Shown one piece after another: positions 10,983-20,448 of a DNA stretch of 64,000 nt (positions are counted from its first letter, which is position 1; every line of letters starts with the position of its first letter). Made by a program: the position numbers and the translations under genes. Location of the stretch: positions 818 to 64,817 of the forward strand of contig NZ_JAFRKB010000039.1 of NCBI RefSeq assembly GCF_017431965.1. Direction: 5' to 3'. The stretch is from Methanobrevibacter sp. GTDB taxonomy: Archaea; Methanobacteriota; Methanobacteria; Methanobacteriales; Methanobacteriaceae. The notes below the pieces were generated by a model. That model ran no database searches, was not told the origin of the DNA, and was given only the letters and a program-made list of their open reading frames with translations.

Positions 10983-12254
10983 ATGTATTCAGAAGAATTG
11001 TTCAATGAATCTAAAAATTATTTTCCTGGTGGAGTAAACTCTCCTGTTCGTGCTTTTAAACCTTATCCATTTTTCGTTGAAAGGGCGGGAGGATGTAAAA
11101 TAGTCGATGTTGATAAAAATTCATATATTGATTATTGTCTTGCATATGGACCTTTGATTTTAGGTCATGCAGACCCAAAAGTTGTAAGGGAAGTGTCCGC
11201 TCAGCTAGCTGTTGGAAGCGCTTATGGGGCTCCAACCGAAAATGAAATCAAACTTGCTAAAGAAGTTGTTGATAGGATTCCTTCTGCTGAAATGGTAAGA
11301 TTTGCAAATAGTGGAACTGAAGCTACCATGAGCGCTATACGTGTAGCTCGTGGATTCACAGGTAGAGATAAGATTATTAAATTTGAAGGAGCTTATCACG
11401 GTGCTCATGACTATGTATTGGTTAAAGGCGGTTCTGGAGCCGCATGTTTACCTGATTCTGCGGGAATTCCAGTTGATACCACTAAAAATACTTTGTCTGT
11501 CCCATTTAATGATGAAGAAGCATTAACAGAGTTAATTGAAAAGGAAGGAGAAAACATTGCCTGTCTTATAATGGAAGTTGTTATGGGCAATGTTGGATGC
11601 ATTGAACCTAAACCGGGATTTTTGGAATTTGTAAGAAAAATTACCGAAGAAAATGGAATTGTTCTTATTTTTGATGAGGTCATCACCGGTTTTAGAGCTT
11701 CCCGCGGTGGGGCTCAGGAATATTATGGGGTAACTCCTGACTTGACAACACTTGGTAAGATTGTTGGTGGAGGTCTTCCAATGGGTGCTTTCTGTGGAAA
11801 AAGAGAAATAATGGAGTTAATTGCACCTAGTGGCCCGGTTTATCAGGCAGGTACTTTTTCAGGAAATCCGATATCAGTTCAAGCAGGAATTTCCACTTTA
11901 ACTCAACTAGATGATGCATTTTATAAGAATTTAAAAAATAAAGGCGATTTTTTAAGAAGCAATATAGCATCCATCATTGATGAGGAACAATACAATATTC
12001 AACCTGTGGGAATCGCGTCAATGTTTCAGATATATTTCAATCCTGCAGAAGTTTATAATTACACTGATGCCAAAGCCAGTGATTCTGACAGGTTTTTAAG
12101 ATACTTTAGAGCATTATTGAAAGAAGGCGTTTTCATACCTCCAAGTCAGTTTGAATGTAATTTTATTTCAAAAGCACACACTATGGAAGATATTCAAAAT
12201 ACTGTTGAAGCTATTGAAATCGCTTTAGAGGTCGCTTTTAAAAAAAATAAATAA
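10983..12254 (+). CDS. hemL: Glutamate-1-semialdehyde 2,1-aminomutase
   Basis: [57 protein letters not shown]. Confidence 0.97.
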   Translation: MYSEELFNESKNYFPGGVNSPVRAFKPYPFFVERAGGCKIVDVDKNSYIDYCLAYGPLILGHADPKVVREVSAQLAVGSAYGAPTENEIKLAKEVVDRIPSAEMVRFANSGTEATMSAIRVARGFTGRDKIIKFEGAYHGAHDYVLVKGGSGAACLPDSAGIPVDTTKNTLSVPFNDEEALTELIEKEGENIACLIMEVVMGNVGCIEPKPGFLEFVRKITEENGIVLIFDEVITGFRASRGGAQEYYGVTPDLTTLGKIVGGGLPMGAFCGKREIMELIAPSGPVYQAGTFSGNPISVQAGISTLTQLDDAFYKNLKNKGDFLRSNIASIIDEEQYNIQPVGIASMFQIYFNPAEVYNYTDAKASDSDRFLRYFRALLKEGVFIPPSQFECNFISKAHTMEDIQNTVEAIEIALEVAFKKNK

Positions 12255-12263
12255 GGTGTTTTC

Positions 12264-12686
12264 GTGACAGATTGGAAAGAGATAGCAACATATGCAGTTA
12301 TTCTAGTAATTGTTTTAATTGCTGCACAGCATTTGAATGTAGTTGTTTCAGGAAGTATGGAACCTGCATTTTACAGAGGAGATATTGTTTTAGTTGAAAA
12401 AGCCGATTTCCTCGGAATTCATGAATTTGATGTAAACGATATCCAAAAAGGCGATGTTGTTGTTTATGATGCAAAATGGTTTAATCAACCAGTAATTCAT
12501 AGAGTGATAAATATTGCACAAATTAACGGAACTGTAGTTTATGAAATTAAGGGAGATAATAATAATGCTTCGGACCCATACTTTGTTACACGAGACCAAA
12601 TCCAATCAAAAGTTGTAACATTTGGGGATAATTTAGTTGTAATTCCAAAAATCGGTTATCTTTCCCTTTGGTTAAGAGGTTTATAA
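12264..12686 (+). CDS. Signal peptidase I (archaeal Sec11 type)
   Basis: N-terminal TM, VVSGSMEP, GD, VIHRV, KGDNN, IPKIG. Confidence 0.92.
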   Translation: MTDWKEIATYAVILVIVLIAAQHLNVVVSGSMEPAFYRGDIVLVEKADFLGIHEFDVNDIQKGDVVVYDAKWFNQPVIHRVINIAQINGTVVYEIKGDNNNASDPYFVTRDQIQSKVVTFGDNLVVIPKIGYLSLWLRGL

Positions 12687-12702
12687 TTATTAAGGTGAGT
12701 TA

Positions 12703-14403
12703 ATGTATTTTGAGATTGAAAAACAGGCTATTGAAGCTATTAACAAGGCATTAGATCAATATGATGTAGAAGTAGATAGGAATTTTAAGTTAGAGTTTCC
12801 ACCAAATCCAGATTTAGGAGACCTGGCCAGTACTATTGCATTTTCTTTAACTAAAAAATTAAGAACTTCTCCTCCGGAAGTTGCAGCAGATTTGGTTGAA
12901 AAAATAGAAGTTCCGGAAATTTTTTCCAAAGTTCAAAACTTCGGACCTTACGTTAATTTCTTCATTGATTATTCCAAATTTTCAAAATTGCTTTTAGATA
13001 AGGTGGATGACAATTACGGTCAGCTTCCACAATACGGTGAAAAGATTGTTTTGGAACATACTTCCGCAAACCCTAATGGGCCGCTTCATATCGGACACAT
13101 CAGAAACTCAATTTTTGGAGATTCTCTTGCAAGATTGTTGAAATTAGCTGGTAGAGATGTAGTTACCCAATATTATGTTAATGATATGGGAAGACAGATA
13201 GCTATTATCGTATGCGGTATAACCGAATGCGGCTTGAACATCGACGATTATGAAGGAGACAAGATAGACCACAAGATTGGAAAATTATACTTTGATGCGA
13301 ATAAGGCAGTTGAAGAGGATGAGGCATTGAATGCCAAAGTCGATGAATTGATTCAAAAGTATGAGGAAGGCTCTGATGAGGAACTAAATAAAGTCTTTGA
13401 AGATGTCGTTTCAAAATGTATTTCTGGAATGAAGGAATCTCTTCAAAGAATTAACATTAAACATGATGACTTTGTATGGGAAGGCCAATTTGTAAGAAAT
13501 GGCGATGTTGACGATTTAGTTCACTACATCCAAAGGGAAGGATTTACCCGTGAAGATGAAGTGTTATACATCGATTTAACAGACTTTAACATTGAAAAAG
13601 AGTTTGTTTTAAGAAGGTCAAATGGAACTTCACTTTATTCAACAAGGGATTTGGCCTATCACAAGTACAAAGCCACTTTGGGAGATACTGTACTTGACAT
13701 TTTAGGTTCAGACCATAAATTGGCAGCCAAACAGATCAAGGTTATTTTTGAAGAAATATTAAGGCAAAAAGCTCCTGAAGTAATATTTTATGAATTCATC
13801 ACTCTTCCTGAAGGGTCAATGTCTACAAGAAGGGGTAAATTCGTATCTGTCGATGAATTGATTGATGAAGCAGTATTGAGGGCACATGATGAAATAAAAT
13901 CAAGAAATCCTGATTTATCTGAAGAGGAAATTGCTCCAATGGCTGAAGAAATAGGTATAGGGGCTGTAAGATTCTTCATTGCTAAGTTATCACCTGAAAA
14001 ACACTTGACATTCAAATGGGATGAGGCATTGAGCTTTGAGAGAGGCTGCGCTTCAATCCAATATGCACATGCAAGAGCATGTAAATTGCTTGCCAAATCA
14101 GGCAAGGACATTAGCTCATTAACTGTCAGTGATGATTGGGTTCCCGATGAAGCTGAACAGGATTTGGTAAGACAAATTGCTAAATTCCCACAGGTTGTTG
14201 AAGATTGTGCCAATAAAAAGAGAGTTCACAATATTACACAATACTCACAGGATTTAGCCAGTTCATTCAATAAGTTCTACAAATCAGAACAGGTTATTGG
14301 TTCTGATGTTGAAGATACAAGACTTATTTTAGTTGATAGAGCTAAAACAACCATTAAAAACGCTTTGGATATTTTAGGTGTTAGCGCACCTGAAAAAATG
14401 TAG
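12703..14403 (+). CDS. argS: Arginine-tRNA ligase
   Basis: EHTSANPNGPLHIGHIRN, YYVNDMGRQ, MSTRRG, IQYAHARAC, GVSAPEKM. Confidence 0.97.
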   Translation: MYFEIEKQAIEAINKALDQYDVEVDRNFKLEFPPNPDLGDLASTIAFSLTKKLRTSPPEVAADLVEKIEVPEIFSKVQNFGPYVNFFIDYSKFSKLLLDKVDDNYGQLPQYGEKIVLEHTSANPNGPLHIGHIRNSIFGDSLARLLKLAGRDVVTQYYVNDMGRQIAIIVCGITECGLNIDDYEGDKIDHKIGKLYFDANKAVEEDEALNAKVDELIQKYEEGSDEELNKVFEDVVSKCISGMKESLQRINIKHDDFVWEGQFVRNGDVDDLVHYIQREGFTREDEVLYIDLTDFNIEKEFVLRRSNGTSLYSTRDLAYHKYKATLGDTVLDILGSDHKLAAKQIKVIFEEILRQKAPEVIFYEFITLPEGSMSTRRGKFVSVDELIDEAVLRAHDEIKSRNPDLSEEEIAPMAEEIGIGAVRFFIAKLSPEKHLTFKWDEALSFERGCASIQYAHARACKLLAKSGKDISSLTVSDDWVPDEAEQDLVRQIAKFPQVVEDCANKKRVHNITQYSQDLASSFNKFYKSEQVIGSDVEDTRLILVDRAKTTIKNALDILGVSAPEKM

Positions 14404-14439
14404 ATGAGTAAGTTTAACTCATCTTTAATTTCTTTTTTT
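14402..14439. terminator. Hairpin + T-tract between convergent argS and nitroreductase
   Basis: AGATGAGT-aagttta-ACTCATCT then T-rich run. Confidence 0.65.
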
Positions 14440-14971
14440 AATCCACAAAATGGATGTAGTCTTCTTTTCTAGGCAATGGTTCCGGCGCGTCCATATCGGG
14501 ATAGCCTAAAACTACATGGCCGATTCCTTCATATCTTTCTGGTATTCCCCATTCTTTTAATAATGCTTTTCCTTCAGGGGAGGCAAATTCATCTCTTGCA
14601 CGGTGAATCCAGCAGCTTCCAACACCGACGGCATGTGCCGCATTAACTAAAACCGCTAATACACTAGCGCCATCTTCCACCCAAGTAGGCATTTCACTGT
14701 CGGCCAATACAATTAAAAGAGTCTTAGCACCATAGAATGGATCCATATCTTCAGGAACAGGCACTGGGAAAAAGCTTCTGTTCCATGCAGACAATTCTTT
14801 GATTTTTTCTTCATCCTGAATTACAACAATCTTTGGGGATTGCGCGCCTCTGCCTGTTGGGGCATATGTTCCGGTTTCCAGAATTGTTTTTAAATCTTCA
14901 TCTGAAATCTGTTCATTTTTGAATTTTCTAATGCTTCTTCTTGTTTTTAAATCATGTATTGTCTGGTTCAT
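14438..14971 (-). CDS. Nitroreductase family protein
   Basis: TRRSIRKF, APTGRGAQS, AAHAVGVGSCWI, LGYP. Confidence 0.92.
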   Translation of the reverse strand: MNQTIHDLKTRRSIRKFKNEQISDEDLKTILETGTYAPTGRGAQSPKIVVIQDEEKIKELSAWNRSFFPVPVPEDMDPFYGAKTLLIVLADSEMPTWVEDGASVLAVLVNAAHAVGVGSCWIHRARDEFASPEGKALLKEWGIPERYEGIGHVVLGYPDMDAPEPLPRKEDYIHFVD

Positions 14972-15381
14972 ATTAACTCCTCTGAAATTTTTCTAAGGGC
15001 ATTTTTGAAATTATCATATTCTTTTGGACCGATGATTTCCTTGATTTTGCTATCCCATTCCTCATCGTAATCCATTACCTTTTGAGCAGTTTCTGCTCCT
15101 TTGTCAGTAATTTCAATTCTTTTAGTTCTTTTTTCAGGAATTCTTTCAATAAATCCTTTATCTTCAAGCTTTTTAAGGTTTCTTGTTATTGTACTTTCAT
15201 TTAAATGAAAGTTTTGAGCTAGTTGCTCTTGAATTATTCCTTCATTATTGTATATTTTAATCAGCAAGGGATAAAGTCCAAAACTCAAATCTTCATCCTT
15301 AACTTTTTCATTCAAGTATTTTGCATGTTCCCTGTAGAGTATAGAGATAAATGGAACAGTTGGAATATTTTCATCAAACAT
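14968..15381 (-). CDS. MarR-family transcriptional regulator
   Basis: QEQLA...ESTITRNLKKLEDKGFIER...ITDKG winged helix; overlaps both neighbours (operon). Confidence 0.9.
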   Translation of the reverse strand: MFDENIPTVPFISILYREHAKYLNEKVKDEDLSFGLYPLLIKIYNNEGIIQEQLAQNFHLNESTITRNLKKLEDKGFIERIPEKRTKRIEITDKGAETAQKVMDYDEEWDSKIKEIIGPKEYDNFKNALRKISEELI

Positions 15382-16741
15382 TTTGATTACTCCTTATCAA
15401 TCTGCTGATATACCATTCGATACATGCATAACATATTAAAGAACCTATTCCACCACCCAGAAGCATTCCGCAGTATATTCCGAATTCTCCCATATGGAAT
15501 GTGAAACCTAAAAGGTATGCAAAGATTAAGACTAAAATGAATTCCCTGAAGGTTGTCAAAACAAAGGATATTGTTCCTTTTCCAACCCCTTGGAACACAT
15601 TTCCAGCGCTTGCTCCAAATGGAACATATAATATAAATAAGCACATTATCTGCAGGAAGCTAGCAATCAATGGTTCTAATTGCGCGCTGTTTTCTGAATA
15701 TGAGAAAATAAATGCGATTTGATTGGCAAATACATTCAAAATTATACACACAATAATGGAAGCTATCAAAGCTATCTTAACAGCATACCTTGCTGTAACC
15801 CTAAGGTTTTCATATTTGCGTGCTCCGTATGCCACTCCTGCAACTGATATTGCCGCTGTTCCAACACCAATTGCCGGAAGCATTCCAATGTTTACTATTC
15901 TCCAACCAGCAGTATAAACGGCTACAGCTACCGGTCCGGATACTAATGTAAGCATGAAATTTATAAATATTGTTAAAACTGAGAGTACTAGCTGTTCTAA
16001 ACTGGCAGGGATACCGACTACCAGAATGTCTTTATACATTCCAAAATCGTTGTGGAAATCCTTAAAGTTGTATGAGAGGTATGTGTCCTTTTTGACAAAT
16101 ATCCAGTAAAACATTAAAAATAAGCTTATCAGCGGTCCTAAAACTGTTGCCCAAGCTGCCCCTTTGATTCCTAAATTCAATGTGTAGATGAAAATTGGGT
16201 CTAAAACCATGTTGATTATTGCGGCTAATGCTATCGGCAGTGTTGCTCTTTTTATGTCTCCCTCTGATCTAAATGCTCCACCTACAATTGGAGGCATCAA
16301 TAGTGCAAATGTCCATGCAAAAATGATAAAACCGTAGTCCATTGCATAGTTTATAACACTGCTTGCGCCCATCATATTGAGCATAGGTTCCATGAATGTA
16401 AGAAATATCACTGAAATTATAATCGAAATAATAAAACTTAAGATAAGGTTGTGTATTGCTGCATTGTTTGCAGAATTTCTATCTTCAGCACCGATATAAC
16501 GTGAAATAAGTGAATTACCACCAGCTCCGATTCCGTTCCCGAATCCTACCAGAATCATGAATAATGGTGTGATGTATCCGAGTGCAGCCAATGGCTCTGC
16601 CCCAAGTCCGGCAACCCAAATACTGTCTATAATGTTATTTGCAAAAATTAAGAACATACTTCCTATGATGGGGAGTGCTAATTTGTTAATAGCAGTTTTT
16701 GGGTCTCCTGTAATCATTTCTATATTTGAATTTTTTTCCAT
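15374..16741 (-). CDS. MATE-family efflux transporter
   Basis: LALP, IIDSIWVAGLG, ISRYIGA, FRSEGD, NMVLDPIFI, GAAWAT; ~12 TM segments. Confidence 0.93.
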   Translation of the reverse strand: MEKNSNIEMITGDPKTAINKLALPIIGSMFLIFANNIIDSIWVAGLGAEPLAALGYITPLFMILVGFGNGIGAGGNSLISRYIGAEDRNSANNAAIHNLILSFIISIIISVIFLTFMEPMLNMMGASSVINYAMDYGFIIFAWTFALLMPPIVGGAFRSEGDIKRATLPIALAAIINMVLDPIFIYTLNLGIKGAAWATVLGPLISLFLMFYWIFVKKDTYLSYNFKDFHNDFGMYKDILVVGIPASLEQLVLSVLTIFINFMLTLVSGPVAVAVYTAGWRIVNIGMLPAIGVGTAAISVAGVAYGARKYENLRVTARYAVKIALIASIIVCIILNVFANQIAFIFSYSENSAQLEPLIASFLQIMCLFILYVPFGASAGNVFQGVGKGTISFVLTTFREFILVLIFAYLLGFTFHMGEFGIYCGMLLGGGIGSLICYACIEWYISRLIRSNQNV

Positions 16742-16750
16742 AATTTACCT

Positions 16751-16800
16751 CTCTTGCATATGCAACTGTACTCTTGTATATGCAAGTGTTAGTATTTAAA
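16751..16800 (-). promoter_or_regulatory. Tandem palindromic operators and TATA box of MATE-MarR-nitroreductase operon
   Basis: TTGCATATGCAA (16754-16765) and TTGTATATGCAA (16774-16785), 20 nt apart; TTTAAATA on minus strand at 16793-16800. Confidence 0.7.
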
Positions 16801-16853
16801 GTTAATGTTAAATATTCTTAAGAATATAGTTTTAACTAATAGGAGAATCAATC

Positions 16854-18164
16854 ATGAAAGTTTTAGTTGTTGGTACTGGTGCTCGTGAACATGCTATTGC
16901 TGATGCACTTAAAGATGATGTGGAATTATATTGTTATATGAGTAAAATAAACCCTGGAATGAGTAAAATTGCTGAGTTCAAGCAAGGTGATGAAGGGGAA
17001 GTTGAAAAAGTAGCTGAATATGCAGTTGAAAATGATATAGACATTGCATTCATTGGTCCTGAAGCTCCACTTGGAAAAGGAATTGTGGATGAGCTTCAAA
17101 AGAATGGAATCAAATGTGTCGGACCAACCCAAAGCGCTGCTAGAATTGAAACTGACAAATCATTTATGAGAAAGCTATTTGAAGACTATGAAATCGAAGG
17201 ATCACTTGTCTACAAAGTGTTTGATAACTCTGAAGACGTTTCCAAATTCTTGGATGAGTTTGACCGTGATGTTGTTGTTAAGCCGGTAGGTTTAACAGGC
17301 GGTAAAGGGGTTAAAATTGTAGGTGACCACTTAAAGGATAATGAAGAGGCTAAAGAATACTCCTGTGAAGTCATCGATAATGTAATGGGTGGATTTGCTC
17401 AAGTAATTATTGAAGAAAGATTGATTGGTGAGGAATTCACTATCCAGGCATTCTGTGATGGAGAGCACTTGGCCCCAATGCCTGCAGCACAGGACCATCC
17501 TCACGCATTTGAAGGGGATGTCGGTGCAATAACTGGTGGTATGGGATCATATTCTGATGTTGGGGGATTATTACCGTTCTTGACTCAGGATGATTATGAT
17601 AAGGCCGTAGAAATTATGCAAGCTACTTTAAAAGCTATTGCTGAGGAGGCCGAACCATACAAAGGAATCTTATATGGTCAATTCATGTTGACTGCAGACG
17701 GACCAAGACTCATTGAATACAATGCAAGATTCGGTGATCCGGAAGCAATGAATGTGTTGCCGCTTTTAAAAACTCCATTAGCTGATATCTGTCAAGCTAT
17801 TGTTGACGGAACATTGGATAAGGCAGAATTTGAAGACAAGGCCAGTGTATGCAAATATATTGTACCTGACGGATATCCTGAAACAGAACATGCCGGTGAA
17901 CTAATCGAAGTCGATGAGGAAACCATTGAAGATATGGGCGCTAAAGTATTCTATGCTGCCGTATCACAGGAAGATGATGGAATTCACTTGTCCGGTTCTA
18001 GGGCATTGGGTATTGTAGCCAGTGGCGAATCCATAGAAGAAGCTGAAAAAATAGCTGAAAAGGCATGTGATTTTGTTAAAGGTAATGTTTACCACAGAAG
18101 GGATGTAGGTACAACTGAGCTTGTTAACAAACGTGTGGAACATATGAAGGAAATTTTAAATTAA
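16854..18164 (+). CDS. purD: Phosphoribosylamine-glycine ligase
   Basis: [39 protein letters not shown]. Confidence 0.97.
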   Translation: MKVLVVGTGAREHAIADALKDDVELYCYMSKINPGMSKIAEFKQGDEGEVEKVAEYAVENDIDIAFIGPEAPLGKGIVDELQKNGIKCVGPTQSAARIETDKSFMRKLFEDYEIEGSLVYKVFDNSEDVSKFLDEFDRDVVVKPVGLTGGKGVKIVGDHLKDNEEAKEYSCEVIDNVMGGFAQVIIEERLIGEEFTIQAFCDGEHLAPMPAAQDHPHAFEGDVGAITGGMGSYSDVGGLLPFLTQDDYDKAVEIMQATLKAIAEEAEPYKGILYGQFMLTADGPRLIEYNARFGDPEAMNVLPLLKTPLADICQAIVDGTLDKAEFEDKASVCKYIVPDGYPETEHAGELIEVDEETIEDMGAKVFYAAVSQEDDGIHLSGSRALGIVASGESIEEAEKIAEKACDFVKGNVYHRRDVGTTELVNKRVEHMKEILN

Positions 18165-18194
18165 ATTTCTTTTTTTTCTTTTCAGGTGATTTAA

Positions 18195-19028
18195 ATTAAA
18201 AAATACAGTTCGGAAGAAGTCGAAGAGTTAAGAGAGGATATTCATAATAAATTGGAAGTTTTAAAAGAGCATTCTTCCGATGATGAATATATCAAAAAAA
18301 TTAATCAGTTATCTGATGAGTTGCATAAAACCAATGAGTTTAAAGACACTAGAAAAGAAAGAAAAGAGCTAAAAAAATTAGATAAAAAGTTAACCTTTTA
18401 TGAACGTTTTTTAGAAGGTTTGGAAAGGGATTTGGATATTGATCCCGGCAGATTGTTGGGATTGACGGATGGTATTTTTGGAATGGTAATGACATTATTG
18501 GTTTTCGGTATTGCCCTTCCAGAATTACAGATAGCCACTTACGCTGATTTCATATCATTTATTACAACGTTACTCCCTACAGTAGGAGTGACAATTGTTA
18601 GTTTTGTGTTTATTAGTTCTTTCTGGATATATCACCATGAATTCATAAAAATTAAAACTTTGAATATGCCGTATTTATGGTTGAATATATTTTTCTTAAT
18701 TTGTATTTCATTCATTCCGTTTACAACTTCCTTAATCGGACATTACTCCCATTTCTTTTTGGCTGAAAATTTATTTGGGGTGAATATTTTTTTAACAATA
18801 CTAACCTTTTTGCTAGTCTACCTTTATGCGGATAGTAAAAACTTCCTTGAAAAAAAACCGTCTAAAAAGGAAAAGAGGTATGTAATTAATACATTTATCA
18901 TTATTATGGGATTCACAGTTATTGTAAATCTCTTAGACTTTAATGTTTCGGGCAATTTCATTTATTTATTCTTACTCGTACCTGTTATAACAACAATCAG
19001 GGATATAGTGCAGTATAGAAACATTTAA
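18195..19028 (+). CDS. TMEM175-family (DUF1211) potassium channel-like membrane protein
   Basis: RL-x2-LTDGIFGMVMTLLV, FWIYHH, WLN, FIPFTT; first canonical start TTG 18252, but frame is open to ATT 18195 behind AGGTGA. Confidence 0.82.
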   Translation: MKKYSSEEVEELREDIHNKLEVLKEHSSDDEYIKKINQLSDELHKTNEFKDTRKERKELKKLDKKLTFYERFLEGLERDLDIDPGRLLGLTDGIFGMVMTLLVFGIALPELQIATYADFISFITTLLPTVGVTIVSFVFISSFWIYHHEFIKIKTLNMPYLWLNIFFLICISFIPFTTSLIGHYSHFFLAENLFGVNIFLTILTFLLVYLYADSKNFLEKKPSKKEKRYVINTFIIIMGFTVIVNLLDFNVSGNFIYLFLLVPVITTIRDIVQYRNI

Positions 19029-19077
19029 TATATATCTTTTACATATATTCTTTTTTATAATAGGAAGGGGAATTAAA

Positions 19078-19989
19078 ATGGGTAGTTTATTATCTGTTTG
19101 TGATATTAAAGAGGATGTAAAATATATTCTTGATTTGGCTAGTAAAATTAAAGCAGGGGATGTAGAAGATAAACCTCTTGAAGGTAAAACATTAGCGATG
19201 ATTTTTCAAAAGTCTTCTACAAGAACCAGAGTTTCTTTTGATGTTGGAATGTATCAGTTAGGTGGAAGAGCAATTTTCTTGTCTTCCAATGATTTACAGA
19301 TGGGAAGAGGTGAACCTATTTCTGATACTGCGAAAGTTTTAAGCCGTTTCGTTGACGGAATAATGATTCGCGCCATTGAACATGACGATGTGATTGAACT
19401 AGCTAAATACTCAGATGTCCCGGTTATAAGTGGATTGACCAATTTAGAACACCCTTGCCAGGCGCTTGCAGATATGTTAACAATCAAAGAACATTTAGGC
19501 AATTGGGAAGGTAAAAAGATCTGCTTTGCCGGTGATGGAAACAATGTTTGCAATTCCCTTTTATTAATTGCTCCTCTTTTAGGCATGGATATGTCCGTTG
19601 CATGTCCTAAAGGTTATGAACCAAATGAAGAAATTTTAAAAACTGCTCAAGAATATGCCAATGAAAACAATACTGAAATAACTGTTAGTGATGATATTAA
19701 TGTTGCATTGGATAATGTTGATGTGGTATATACTGACGTCTGGGTAAGTATGGGTGATGAAGCTGAAGCAAAACAAAGAGAAATTGATTTGGCTCCTTTC
19801 CAAGTAAATTCTGATTTAATGAGTATAGCTAATGATGGAGCTATTTTTATGCATTGCCTGCCTGCAATTAGAGGTCAGGAAGTAACTTCAGATGTCATTG
19901 ACGGACCGCAATCTGTAATATATGATGAAGCCGAAAACAGAATGCATGCTCAAAAGGCTGTATTGTATTATTATTTAAAAGATGATTAA
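19078..19989 (+). CDS. argF: Ornithine carbamoyltransferase
   Basis: KSSTRTRVSF, HPCQALAD, GDGNNV, TDVWVSMG, FMHCLPA, EAENR. Confidence 0.97.
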   Translation: MGSLLSVCDIKEDVKYILDLASKIKAGDVEDKPLEGKTLAMIFQKSSTRTRVSFDVGMYQLGGRAIFLSSNDLQMGRGEPISDTAKVLSRFVDGIMIRAIEHDDVIELAKYSDVPVISGLTNLEHPCQALADMLTIKEHLGNWEGKKICFAGDGNNVCNSLLLIAPLLGMDMSVACPKGYEPNEEILKTAQEYANENNTEITVSDDINVALDNVDVVYTDVWVSMGDEAEAKQREIDLAPFQVNSDLMSIANDGAIFMHCLPAIRGQEVTSDVIDGPQSVIYDEAENRMHAQKAVLYYYLKDD

Positions 19990-20005
19990 TCTTTAATCAT
20001 TTTTT

Positions 20006-20341
20006 TTAAAAAATTAATGTTAAGCACCACTTAATTACTATTTTTAAAAAGATTATTAAACCAATTCCACCAATAAAACCTGTTATAAAGCGTAATGTAT
20101 TATTGCTTTGCCTTAAACCAAAAAATTGTGTAAATCCATCAATTGAAACAGGTATTAAAAGAATTATTGAAAGAATTAATAGGGTGGATGTATATTCTAT
20201 TGTAGAAAAAAAAGTATACAATAGAAAAATTAATAACCCTGTATAAAATCCAGTACACCTTGCACAGACTGGAAATTGATGTCCTTTAATGAAAAAGCTT
20301 CTTTCAGGTTTTCTATGACAAATTAAATTTAAATAATTCAT
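20006..20341 (-). CDS. DUF2085-family membrane protein
   Basis: CHRKPERSF, QFPVCARCTGFY, IDGFTQ, SNNTLRFITG. Confidence 0.8.
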   Translation of the reverse strand: MNYLNLICHRKPERSFFIKGHQFPVCARCTGFYTGLLIFLLYTFFSTIEYTSTLLILSIILLIPVSIDGFTQFFGLRQSNNTLRFITGFIGGIGLIIFLKIVIKWCLTLIF

Positions 20342-20448
20342 TTTTCTTCACTTTTAAACATTAGCTATTAACATTAATTTTTTTTAAGATAATTATATAT
20401 ATTTTTTCATACAAATTTAGTGGTATAATAAATAAAAAGGTTTTTACA

